Below are positions 23,486 to 36,717 of a DNA stretch of 48,000 bases, piece after piece. The notes beneath the pieces were generated by a model. The model did no database searches, was not told the DNA's origin, and saw only the letters and a program-made list of their open reading frames with translations. The DNA is from Takakia lepidozioides (taxonomy: Eukaryota > Plantae > Bryophyta). The stretch is from the NCBI GenBank assembly GCA_030704615.1, contig JAKLZA010000279.1:1-48000 (forward strand). Direction: 5' to 3'. The number at the start of each line of letters is the position of its first letter. The first letter of the stretch is position 1. Both the position numbers and the translations under genes were made by a program.

Positions 23486-24352
23486 TGTTAGAGGACTGTA
23501 GGGGACTTAGACACTTATACGGGATCTGTAGGGTACCCTTAATTTTTGCACAGACTGAGACAAACAGGAACCTTAGGGGTGACAGCAGCGCACTGTAGAG
23601 GGGGTTACATAGCCCACACAGCCGACACAGCACTCATTCACAGTCGTCACAGCCCACACAGCCGTCACAGGCCGTCACAGTCGTCACAGCAGACACAGTC
23701 ACAAGGTGCCAGTTCACAGCCCGACAGCCAGTCACGACACAGCTGTCACGATAATAGGGAACGAAGAGTAGGACAGGGAACGACTGTGGGGAACAACACC
23801 TGTGAAGGGAACATGTTAGTTCACATACGACGGTTAGAGAGGGAAACGGTTAGAACCGCGGATAGGAGGATAAAGGGAAGAACGGGAATGATGAAGGGAT
23901 CATTATTCGGGGGACTTCGGAGTCAGGCGGGAGCGGAATCGGAGAGCAGAAGGAGAAGAGGATTAGTAGATGCTTGTTATATGCAAAGCTGTAGATATTG
24001 TAGAGGAGAATAGAGACACAATGGCTTCGGCCTGATACCTGATAAATCATAATCTGATACTTATACGATACAATCACACTGTGTAGAGAGATCTGAGTGA
24101 AGCTGTGGATTGAATGGAGGAGTGAAGGAAACCGATAAATTGATGAAGCAAACTGATACTTAATTATCAATGGTAAGGTAGCTAAGATGAATGCGGAAAA
24201 GGAAACAAATAGGAAACACCCCCATGATACACTAGCTGTAGGTCATGACTGATTGTTCTGCGCGGGCTGAGTACTTAGAGATTTCCAACTCTTCTATCTT
24301 GGAGTTTCCGCCTCGGATAGCGAAGGGATGGGTGAGTAAAAGCCGCGCGACA
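23486..24352 (+). repeat. Gypsy LTR shared by units 2 and 3
   Basis: TG start after the PPT, CA end before the PBS; contains a CACAGC minisatellite at ~23610-23750. Confidence 0.8.
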
Positions 24353-24932
24353 TTTGGCGACCATACTGGGGACCTGGGACATGAACAACCAGATGTGACA
24401 GGCATCTGGTGGGATCATGGTGGTTGGACCATTAAAGAATTTGAGTGAATCAAATTCCCTGTGGAACGAAGGAAGAAAGATTGTCCAAACAATTCTTTCA
24501 AAGGTTCTTGGAATTGCCAGACGGATGTAAAGAAAATATTCTTAAACGAGTGCATGATGCTGATCCAGAATGGGGTCTGGAGAAAGGAGTGATAAAGATT
24601 TATCAGGTAGCCTGTAGAGGAAGAGCACGTTGGTTACCAACATTGTTTATGTGATAGCGTTGCTATCCATTAAACGAGTAGAGTTTGAAGGCTGGGAAGA
24701 AAGAAAGGTGAATGTTTATACTCATATGCATGAAGAGCTTGTACTGGTAAAGAATTGGATTCCAAAGGATATTTTGTGGATCAAACTCACACCAAGAACA
24801 GCTTTTCAGACTTGTTTGCCATATGGTTATATGGTAACGGAGACTTCAAGTATAGCCAAGGGTGCATTGAAGCTTGAAAGAAATCCAGGCATATACGAGA
24901 TATTACAGAAGAGAGTGTTATTGCCACATTAA
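24245..24932 (+). CDS. ORF0 copy 3 (~230 aa, unknown function; apparent frameshifts)
   Basis: ORF fragments 24245..24448, 24445..24654 and 24630..24932 join into the ORF0 consensus. Confidence 0.55.
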
Positions 24933-24953
24933 AAGAAATGAAAGACATGGGAC

Positions 24954-27900
24954 ATGAGTGATGAAAGAGAAGCTAGACGACAAAGATATTCATCAAAAAG
25001 AGAAAGCTATCTGAAAGCTAATTATCCATATCTTTGGGAGAGAGGAATAGACATAGGGGAATCATCTGGACCTCTCACACCATCAAGATCAAAAGTGCAT
25101 CACCTATACCGGAAGAACTAGAGTTGGATGCCACTCCTTCTGTTTCTTTGCAAGAAAGATTAAGGGAATTGGTACAGGAAGAAGATCAATCACGAGGTGA
25201 AAGATCTGAGGTACATCCTTGGATAAAAGACTTGACAGAATCTTTGATAAGAGTTGGCATGGAACACCAAAAGCAGGAACTCCAGTTTCTGAAGCAGAAG
25301 ATGAAGAAGGAGATGAGGATGTGGCAGAGCCAACGGAGTTCAGACTCTCCAACACATTACAGTTGAGTTACATGAGTGAAGAAGAAACCCAAGGGCAGAA
25401 CTTGGAGGATGAAAACAGAGAGAAGAAATTGGAAGAGGAAGAATATGAAGAAGTAGACCCAACAGCTGAGGTTGAGACTACAACCAGGACATCCCAACCC
25501 GTTGGACCTGGATCAAGTGGAGCACTTGGATCACAGGCCAACGAAGGTGTCGGCTCAGGGGGATCAGGCGGGCTGCCTGGATCTGGCTCTGGGGGGACAG
25601 GGAGTGTGGGAAGTAGTGCAACTGAAGCTGGGAATACTGTGAATATCGTGGGGCCAGAAGCAGGGAGTGCTCAAGGCCACCACTTGGTGGAAGATCCACC
25701 ACAAAAACAACAGGTCCAGAAGGACCAGCACCAGCAAGGGTGCCAGCACCTGTCAGTGGGCAGAAGGTAGGGCCACATGGCGTTACAACCAACACGGGCA
25801 AAACCACCCTTTCCAATATATTCAGGAAAAGGGGATCCCGATGTACACATTAGCCAATTTGAGCACATGTGTATAGTGAACAATGAGAATGGCGATGATG
25901 CCAAGATGAGACTGTTTCCTTGTTCACTTATCAAGAAAGCAAGTGAATGGTATGCAAGATTCCCTGATAATCATTTCCTAACCTGGAATGGCTTGAATAC
26001 AGCATTTCGAAATAGGTTCAGGACAAGTAAAACTGAGGATGAAGTGTATGGAAGTTTACAACAGCTGAAGCAGAAGAAGCATGAAACTGTTGAAGAGTAT
26101 ATGGAGAAGATGGAATTGATGATGAAAAAGCTGGCTGCAGTACCAGCACCCGGTTTACAGAAGACTTGGTTTGTGAGTGGACTAAGACCAGAGTTGCAGA
26201 AGAAAGTGGATATGTTACCCCATAATACAGTGGAGGAGGCATTTGAAACTGCAAACAGAATTGAGCAATTGGGAATGCTCAGGAGAGAGAAAAAGGAAGA
26301 TGAGGACTCTGAAGATGAGTCAGATGAAGAAGAAGAGCAAGAACTAAAAAGAAAGAGTAAGAGAAAGGAAAAGTTGAAGAGGGATAACTATGAGAAAAGA
26401 TTGGAAGAAATCTTGAAGAAGTATGCCACAGAGGCTGCAACACATTGGAGGAAGGGTGTATGGTGTGCAAAGTGCCAGAATGAAGGCCATACCACCAGAA
26501 TGCCACATGAAGGAGAAACACTGTACTATCTGTAAAATGGATAACCATTCTACTGAGAATTGTTACTACAACAGAAGGACAGCTGCAAGAGAACCTAGGC
26601 AAGTGAGGGTGCATCAGGTGCAGCCCCAGCCAAGAAGAAGCAATGATCAGGACCACTATGGTAGGTCTGGTGGTTATAACAATGGCATGGAAGGGAGAGG
26701 TAATTCAAGAGGGAATTACCAAGGAAATTCCAGAGGCAACTATCAGGGTAATCCAAGGGGGAATTACCAGCCCGGGAATCAGGATTATAGAAATAATCCA
26801 AGACCAGACCAAGGGCGAGGACCCAATGGTGAAGAGCTATGTTACTATTGTAATCAGCCAGGACATCGCAAGGCAGCCTGTTCATTCTGGATAAGACACC
26901 AGAATGAGATGAGAGCTCCTGTGAATGAGGGCCCAGTGGTGGCAGCTCACATGGTTAGGCCATGTGTTGTACCAGAAGTAAGTACAATGATAGTAACAAG
27001 AAGTAAAGCCAAACTAATACCTCCAGTAGAGGAAGAAGATGAGACTGGAAGTGGCAATGATATGCCTGAAGATGAAGAGACTTGGAAGGATGAGAAGGAA
27101 CTGCACAAGGAAGTGGCAGATACTATAAGGGAAATGCAAAAGAGTACTGATATTCCTGTGGCAGATTCCTCTGATTCGGATGGAGAAAAAGAGGGGAGTG
27201 AGGAAGAAAGGAAAAAAGAAGATGCAGACATGCAAAGTAATGAAGAGACTTTGGCTGAAGTAATATGTCAGACCAAAGCAGAAATTACCATTGGACAGCT
27301 ATTAGCTGTGGCACCTTATTGTAGGCACAGGCTGTATCAGGCAATCAATCGAATTGCCCAAGAGACAGGAAACACAGACCTGAACAGCAAGGTGACCAGT
27401 TATAATGTGAAGCCGGAAGGGCGAGAACCAGTCATGGACTTTGATGATTCTATGCCAGTAATCCAATTGAGAATTGGAAGCACAGAACTAACTGATGTAC
27501 TGATAGATGGTGGTTCTGGAGTAAATATCATGACAGACCAATTAAGGAAGAAGCTTGGTCTAAGTAACATGAAACCAGCCCCATTTACAGTAACAATGGC
27601 AGATCAAAGAAGTGTACAGCCATTGGGATTAATAAGGAGTTAAGATACAGATACAGAAAATGATCTTTATGATCACAGTAACTGTATTAAAAATGGATGA
27701 AGTCATGGAGGCTTACTCCTTATTATTGGGACGTCCGTGGCTGAAACAGGCCAGGTATTCCATGACTGGAATTCTCAGTTACTAACTGTGCATAATGGGA
27801 TGCACGAGATACAAATTACCACAAAGAAATCTAGTAGATTACCTGCTACAAGAAGACCTCGAGGAGTCAGAGAGTATGACTGGAGGGGAGGACTGGATGA

Positions 27901-30900
27901 GGAGCAGGAAGCTACCCTATTTGCTGCACACCCAGAGTGGGAGCAGGTTGCAGAGATGCGGCTGGAAAGCCTAAGTTGTTTGAGAGGTATCTGCTGTGGT
28001 GTAGTGACAGCAACACCAACTGAAGAGGAAACCAGCATTTACCCATCACATTTCTATGAAGAAAGAGAAGGAGAAATAGAAATCCTAGAAGAACCAGCCA
28101 CTGTGAGCTTACAGGATGAAGTGGTGACTGGTTGGACAATCACAGCTGATGAGCAGGTGAGAGAAGTAAATGTGGGAACTCAGGAGGAACCGAGGATGGT
28201 GAAAGTAGGAGCTGATTTGGAGCCGGAATTCTTCGAAGAAGCTAAAAGCTTGTTCATCAAATACAGAGATGTATTTGCTTGGAGCTATGAGGATCTAAAA
28301 GGGATACCACCTGAAGTCTGTCAGCATAAAATTGAACTGGAACCAGGGTCAGTACCAATCAAGCAGCGAGGTATAGAATGAATCCCAACTACGCACAGAA
28401 GGTTGGAGAAGAGATAAAGAAGTTGGCTGAGGCTAAGTTTATATACCCAATAGAGTATACAACTTGGTTGTCACCCATTGTTATAGTTCCCAAGAAGAAT
28501 GGCAAACTAAGAGTATGTGTGAACTATAAGAAGCTGAATGCTTGTACGAAGAAAGATCCTTTCCCTTTGCCATTCACAAGCAGTATTAGACACTGTGGCA
28601 GGCCATGAGATGTACTCATTCATGGATGGCTTCAGTGGTTATAATCAAGTGCAAGTGGCAGAAGAAGACCAAGGGAAAACAGCTTTCATCACAGACTGGG
28701 GGGCTTATGCATACAAAGTCATGCCCTTTGGACTTTGTAATGCACCAGCGACCTTTCAGAGAGTGATAAGTGAATCTTTTCAAGAGTATCTGGATGATTT
28801 CATGCAGGTGTTTTTGGATGATTTCAGTGTGTACAGCTCTAAGAATGAGCACTTGCATAAATTGGAGTTATGCCTGGCCATGCAGGATGAGAGGTCTGGG
28901 CTTGAATCCAGAGAAGTGTACTTTCTGTGTGTGAACTCAGGGGTGCTTCTGGGACACATTGTGTGTAAGAAGGGACTCCTTGTGGATCCCAGGAAGACAG
29001 AGTCCATTAAAGCCTCTCCACCACCAGTGAATGTTAAGAGTTTAAGGAGATTCCTTGGGCAAACCAGTTATTACAGAAGATTTGTCAAAAGGTATGCACA
29101 AATAGCAGCACCATTGAGCAAGCTTCTGAAGAAAGATGCAGTGTTTGCATGGACAGCTGAATGTCAACAGGCGTTTGAGGAACTTACACTGTCAGTAACA
29201 ACTACACCTGTGCTGATTAACCCTCACTGGCATGTAGTATTTCATGTTCACTGCGATGCATCAGGAGAAGCGTTGGGAGCGGTGTTAGCCCAGAATGTTA
29301 CAGGGAATATAGATTCACCTGTGTACTATGCTAGCCGGTTGATGAACAGTGCTGAGAGGAACTATAGCACAACGGAAAGAGAAGCATTGGCAATGATCTA
29401 TGCAGTGAAGAAATTCAGGCATTACCTATTGGGAAGAAAGTTTATGTTTTATGTGGATCACCAGGCTCTGATATATCTGGTGAACAAACCTTTGATAAGT
29501 GGAAGGATAGCGAGGTGGTTAATAATCTTGCATGAGTTTGAGTTCGAGGTTATTTACAAGCCTGGCCGTTTGCATCTTGTGGCAGATCATTTGTCACGAC
29601 TAACAACAGGAGAGGCCGCCACAGGAGTGGACGATCAGTTACCTGATGCGAGTTTATTTGTAATGGAGGTGCAAGGAAGTGCAGATGAATGGTTAGATTG
29701 GCAGTGGCCAATCAGATACTACCTTGCTCATGGTCAGTGCCCACCTAGTTATGGTAAGGAGCAGAGGAAGAGAATCGCTATCAAAGCTTTACCTTATACT
29801 ATGGTAGGAAGCAGAATGTATAAGTTAGGACCTGATGGAGTACTAAAACGATGCTTGTACCACCATGAAGTAAATAAAGTCTTGGAGGAAGTTCATAAAG
29901 GAGTGGCTGGAGGTCATTTTTGGAGAAGAGACTACCAGTAGAAAGATACTACTCGCAGGATACTGGTGGCCTACTTTGTTCAAAGATGTACATGAGTATT
30001 GTCAGAAGTGTGATGAATGTCAGAGGCTAGGACCTTTGCAGAGATCTGGAAGAATGGCCTTGCATCCTACAATGCCTACGGAACCATTTCAGAAATGGGG
30101 ACTAGACTTTGTTGGACCAATTAATCCACCATCCAAGAATACACGAAACAGGTACATAATTACAGCCACTGATTATACTACAAAGTGGGTGGAAGCTAAA
30201 GCTTTGAGGGACAACACAGCCAAGTCCACAGCAAGGTTCCTGTACGAGAACATACTTACACGATTTGGATGTCCCTTAGAATTTATCAGTGATCAAGGAA
30301 GTCACTTCATGAATGAGACCATTGAGTTATTGACTAAAGAGTTTATGATTGTGCATAGAAAGAGTACAACATATTACCCACAGGGTAATGGGCAGGCAGA
30401 GGCTACCAACAAAATACTATGTACTATCTTGGCTAAGATAGTCAATGCAAACAGAACGGATTGGGATACAAAGCTGCTGACAGCTTTGTGGTCATACAGG
30501 ACTTCATATAAAGTCACCACAAAGTATACACCATTCCAATTAGTTTATGGTATGGAAGCCTTACTTCCAGTGGAATTCCTGTTACCTACCATGAGAACGG
30601 AGTGGGGAAAAAGAATGGAATTGCAAGACTCCATCAAGGTCAGGAAACATGAATTATACCATGTGGAAGAAGTACGTGCTGATGCAGCTGATAATATGAC
30701 CAGAATTCAGATGAAGCGAAAGGAACAGTTTGATGAAGGCAAGTTAAAGACTTTTAAGACGGGGGATTTGGTTCTATGGTTGCAGAAGAAAGGAAAGATT
30801 CAAGCTTCTAAGCTTAAATCACCATGGAAAGGACCTTATGTCATACAAAAGATGTATGATAACAACACAGCCATGTTACAAACCATTAACAAAGAAATGC

Positions 30901-31208
30901 TGGGAAGAGTCAATGCAAATAAGTTGAAGGGGTACAGTGGTATCCATGACAAACCCCTGCAGCATGATTTGCATGTTGAACCGCAAGAGCAGTCACGGGC
31001 TGCACCAGTGTTACGAACGGAGTATGGAACACTTGTCGCTAGGCCCAGTATATATGACCGGGGTGGGCAAAACAAACGTGACACAGCCTATCACAGGACA
31101 CAGCGCCCATCACGGCGTGACACAGCCTGTCACAGCCTATCACAGCGTGGCCTATCACAGCGCAACACAGCCTATCACAGCAAGTCACAGCTCAACACAG
31201 CCTACTAA
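24954..31208 (+). CDS. gag-pol polyprotein copy 3; apparent frameshifts
   Basis: Same motifs as copy 2. Confidence 0.93.
31077..31205 (+). repeat. CACAGCC minisatellite at pol 3' end, copy 3
   Basis: Direct inspection. Confidence 0.85.
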
Positions 31209-31337
31209 AGTTACACGATCCATAGAATCAGTGACAAGTGACACATAAAAACTTCAGGAAAATGGCTGAAGGAAGAAGAAACGGAAATTAATTTAAAAAT
31301 AGACACGTGGAGGTCAGGGTGCGACACACAGCAGAGA

Positions 31338-34300
31338 ATGAAGTGCAAGGACAGGTGTCAAAAAGAAAGAGGACAAGAACGGCCGTCAAAAGGGATGAAA
31401 GGCGGGCCCATTAATGAATACGGAAAAAGGGAAACGAACGAACGGCAAGTACAGAAAACTGAATTCATGTCGCATGTGTGATCCTAGTGGACTATCCAAC
31501 AGGGAAAGTCCACTAAAGAAGATAAAAGTTAAAATCCAGTCACAGCGGATACAGCCAATAGAAAACCAGAGAAATGATCAAGAAAATGGAGGGAAATTGA
31601 GCGCAAGAGGCGGCGTCGTTCTGAGTAACGGGCGTCTCGACAGGACAGGCCATAAATGCTATAACTTGGAAACTATGGAGGAACTAACAGACTATACGCG
31701 CAATATTACTTACGCAATGGCAGACACGAAACGAAGAGCAGAGCTTTTCTCTTGAACAATGCTTGCAAGCCCCGCAGGCTTACAAGAGATTACCCATAGC
31801 TTTCTGCGGCAACCATACGTTTCTGCTTTGTGCACTACAGGCATTCCTGCAGTTGTTACAGCCAAAGCAGTTCTGTGAGTCTAAGATGAAGAGAGTGAGA
31901 GGAATGGAGGAAATCAGGGTGAAGAGCACCACAATTCTGCAGAAACAAACGATGGCTACCCCACAGGATAAAGATACTGAGGAGCTGAGATTGGAAGGAT
32001 TGCAAAGCATGGATTGGACACTACACCATAGACAGTACATGTTACAATTTTTGCAGAACTTTGAGCCAAAGACAGGAACAACAACGGTGAAGGGAGTTGA
32101 ATTAATGATTACTCCCCTATACCTCCAGCAATTGTTTCGATTGCCAGCAGGTCATGTGTATGTGGAGGAACACAGGGAAAGACTGCAAATAGGGGATTTA
32201 TTCCAAGAAGGGAGTTTCTTTAAAACTCAGGGTTATGCTTGTACCAAAGCTGTGTACCCAGGGTTAAAAGACATAGGCCAAGTATTGAACGTTCTGATTG
32301 CCCTGAAACAGAACCAACAATATTTGAGCAGATCCTTCACAGAGGAAATCCTCAAAGGCTTGAAGGGACAAGAGGTACATGGGCGGACATAATGTACAAC
32401 GCACTGGTAGAGGAGATGAAAAGATTACAAGGTACTACCGCAAAATCTCCTATCATAGTGTCTGGCCCAATCATTGCTCAAATAATCCTTATTCTGCATA
32501 CTTAATGCACAAGAAAGGAAGGAAATGGGAGTGTTTGAGCCAGAAACAACTGCAATGGAAGAGCAAGGCTCTTCACACAGTGAGGGTGGACTAGCAGCAC
32601 AACCCGAGACTAAGAGGCAGAGAAGGGGAAAGACTGTAGTGGCGGATCCACTGGCTTCACGGATTCCGCATGATAATGTTTCCCAAGCTCATGACCAGGA
32701 AGGGGCACAGCAGCACAAAAGAATGTTATTACTGGAAGCAGGACCTTCAGAGAGGGAGGAGAAGTTACTTCTGCATCACAACCAACACAGCCACTTGAAC
32801 GACTTGTCACAAGGTCACAAGTTATCCATGCAGCTCAACCCGAAATAATTGATTTGGAAAGTGAAGGGATAGATATTCCAACTACAGAGATAGTGGCAGA
32901 AATAGAGAAAGGGACCTTCTCTATGAATATTCTGGTCTGGTCAAGGAGACAGAAATCCCAGAGGTGCAACAGTTGCCCAAGGAAATCCTGAGGTACATAT
33001 AATGCACACACCTGTGTCGGAGGTACCACAGGCGGAAGGCCATGACACTGTAGCACCGTCATAATGAAGTAGTTCAGGAAGAAAATCCGGTGGGACAATG
33101 GTCTGAATGGTTAGTGAGACATCATACTGTTGAAGATCAGGAGGAACAGCAGCAACCTCACCATGATGACCCTCAACAGGCAATGCTGATGAGTTCCATA
33201 GGCAGGACACTTAATTTGTTGGGGACTTATGTCAAAACCCATGTTCCAATTGAGAGGCCACACGAATTGGCATGCATGGATGGCGATACAATGCGCTACA
33301 TTTACAACTATGCTTGACCAATCAACAAAAGAAATAAACAGTCAAGCGGAAAATGTACGAAGGCAGAAGAAGAGAATGTGGAGCACATGAAGCTCATTGT
33401 CGATATGAAGAATACAATCTGTCGCAATGAAGATACTTTCAAGCAATACAGGCAGATGGAAGCTGAGAAGAGAAATACATCGTGGAGTTGCAACAAACCA
33501 TCGTGGCCAATAGAAATGAAATCGCGGTCAGTAACAAGGCTTCGAAAGCCAATAATCTACTTGCTGCCTATGCGCAATTGGTTGAGCCACAGGCGAAGCG
33601 CATGAAGGCTTTACAACAGCAGTTGGAATTGTAAAGCTAAGAGAGGAGCAAACTCTCAGGGGAACCACAAGCAGCTTGGTGGATAACAGCCTTATGCAGG
33701 TCTGGTTAGCACAAGGGCCAGTAGAGGGCAAAGCCCCACGGAAGCTCACCCAAAGCGAGATGAATGAGCTCAGACTGCAGGTGCAGAACATTGCCACAAC
33801 TACTATAGACAATGTCTATAGTAGGATAGCAGAGTTACAAGAGGATGTAGACGGACTCCAGACTCAAGTGGAAGACCTCACTTCAAACATCGACCAAAGA
33901 GTCTATATCCCTCAGGAACAGCTAATGGCTTCTTATTTGCAAGCCAGAACTCTGGCTTTTCAGTCTTCACAGGAGGTGCAGGAGATGCCAATGGTACAGG
34001 AACCAGTACCACCACCACCACAACAGGTCAGTGTACCAGTAGCTGAACCTGTGGTTACTACAACCACACCACAGCCACCACAGCCGGAGGTATGGGGCAA
34101 TGCAGCTTTTAACCCACCTAAAACTCCAGCTGCCAGGGAGTACAGTAGGGCTATGATTATGCCCTTCAACCAAATTCCCATCATGTTGGATTTGGCTTGG
34201 AAAGAATTTAGTCCTCCGCAGTCATTCGCACATTACTACCAAATCATGCGTATTTGGCTGCCAGTGCAACCAGGACTAAAGTTCTTCCAAACAATCGACA

Positions 34301-35141
34301 TATTGAAGATCATCACTTTGCACAATACTGGCACGAGGCAGGTACCAAGGGAATTGGTTGCTTTCCAGGTTGTACATGGACTCATTTATACCAAGACCAA
34401 GGAGATAGCAAGTATTGTCATGGGGTGCGGGCTATACTACGCTGCTTGTTTTCTGATACGTTACCACATTGAGCAACAAAAGATGCAAGCACGCTTTCAA
34501 AGTTACTCCAGTGGAGATCATTGGGTATTACCTTCGGTGCCACCTCATATGTACCTATATGACCCAAAAGTTATGATACAAGGATTCTCAAATTCGTTCA
34601 TGGTTTCAAGCAGCCTGCAACAATTTGTCAACACAGAAATTCGGACTTGATGACATTTTCTATAAGGGACATATCGCATGGAAATACTTGCACGCTGCAC
34701 CAGTAATTGGTACCCCTGGACAGACAAGGAGCTCAGTGTCTACACCAATTTTGCTGTTCAACGGTTTACACCAGGTTGTAAAATGCAAACTTCCAGACAT
34801 GGTAGGACAGCATTGTATGCCCCAGATGATTCCACAAAAAGTTCGAAAATTAAAACCTGAGAGGCGATGAGGATTCTGATACAACTGTTTCTTCACAAAT
34901 TCTTTTGACATGGGAGAAGACTATGCAATTCAGATGGAAGAGAAGAAACAAAGGGGATCTCCTATGCCGGAAAGATTACCTCGATATCAGCCTCCAGAAG
35001 GCCTCACTTATCCAGGTAGTGATCAACCATCTCCATCAACCAGAGACAGACCTCGGGCTCGTACACAGCCCACCACGAAACTCTCAACGTCAACAAGGTG
35101 CTCACTCACAAAGGTTGCTACTCGGAAACAGTAAACCGTGA
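31338..35141 (+). CDS. Extra 3' ORF copy 3 (fragmented)
   Basis: Fragments match 43285-47371. Confidence 0.7.
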
Positions 35142-35171
35142 GGACACGGCTTTTTGAGGGGGAAGGGGTAA

Positions 35172-36112
35172 TGTTAGAGGACTGTAGGGGACTTAGACAC
35201 TTATACGGGATCTGTAGGGTACCCTTAATTTTTTGCACAGACTGAGACAAACAGGAACCTTAGGGGTGACAGCAGCGCACTGTAGAGGGGGGTTGCCACA
35301 CAGCCGACACAGCAGTCACAGTCACAGCCCACACAGTCACAGTCGTCACAGCCCACACAGCCCACACAGCCGTCACAGCCCACACAGCCCGTCACACACA
35401 GCCCACAGCCCAGCCCACACAGCCCGTCACAGTCGTCGCCACAGCCACACAGCCAGTCACAGCCCGACACAGCCAAACACAGCCAGTCACCGCTTGACAC
35501 AGCTGTCACGATAATAGGGAACGAAGAGTAGGACAGGGAACGACTGTGGGGAACAACACTGTGAAGGGAACATGTTAGTTCACATACGACGGTTAGAGAG
35601 GGAAACGGTTAGAACCGCGGATAGGAGGATAAAGGGAAAACGGGGAATGATGAGGGATCATTATTCGGGGGACTTCGGAGAGGCGGGAGCGGAGTCGGAG
35701 AGCACGATGAAGGAGGAAAGAGGATTAGTAGATGCTTGTTATATGCAAAGCTGTAGGGATATTGTAGAGAGAATAGAGACAATGGCTTCGGCCTGATACC
35801 TGATAAATCATAATCTGATACTTATACGATACAATCACACTGTGTAGAGAGATCTGAGTGAAGCTGTGGATTGAATGGAGGAGTGAAGGAAACCGATAAT
35901 TGATGAAGCAAACTGATACTTAATTATCAATGGTAAGGTAGCTAAGATGAATGCGGAAAAGGAAACAAATAGGAAACACCCCCATGATACACTAGCTGTA
36001 GGTCATGACTGATTGTTCTGCGCGGGCTGAGTACTTAGAGATTTCCAACTCTTCTATCTTGGAGTTTCCGCCTCGGATAGCGAAGGGATGGGTGAGTAAA
36101 AGCCGCGCGACA
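35172..36112 (+). repeat. Gypsy LTR shared by units 3 and 4
   Basis: PPT before, PBS after; minisatellite at ~35296-35510. Confidence 0.8.
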
Positions 36113-36696
36113 TTTGGCGACCATACTGGGGACCTGGGACATGAACAACCAGATGTGACAGGCATCTGGTGGGATCATGGTGGGTTGGACCATTAAAATT
36201 TGAAGTGAATCAAATTCCCTGTGGAACGAAGGAAGAAAGATTGTCCAAACAATTCTTTCAAAGGTTCTTGGAATTGCCAGACGGATGTAAAGAAAATATT
36301 CTTAAACGAGTGCATGATGCTGATCCAGAATGGGGTCTGGAGAAAGGAGTGATAAAGATTTATCAGGTAGCCTGTAGAGGAAGAGCACGTTTGGTTACCA
36401 ACATTGTTTATGATAGCGTTGCTATCCATTAAACGAGTAGAGTTTGAAGGCTGGGAAGAAAAAAGGTGAATGTTTATACTCATATGCATGAAGAGCTTGT
36501 ACTGGTAAAGAATTGGATTCCAAAGGATATTTTGTGGATCAAACTCACACCAAGAACAGCTTTTCAGACTTGTTTGCCATATGGTTATATGGTAACGGAG
36601 ACTTCAAGTATAGCCAAGGGTGCATTGAAGCTTGAAAGAAATCCAGGCATATACGAGAGATATTACAGAAGAGAGTTTTGGTTATTGCCACATTAA
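36005..36696 (+). CDS. ORF0 copy 4 (apparent frameshifts)
   Basis: Fragments 36005..36196, 36169..36432 and 36466..36696. Confidence 0.55.
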
Positions 36697-36717
36697 AAGA
36701 AATGAAAGACATGGGAC

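Noticed and set aside
23744-23751. Alternative LTR start TGTCACGA, a better inverted match to the GCGCGACA end
   Set aside because: No PPT precedes it, whereas TGTTAG at 23486 follows a clear PPT. Not fully excluded, because shared LTRs give no flank to fix the boundary.
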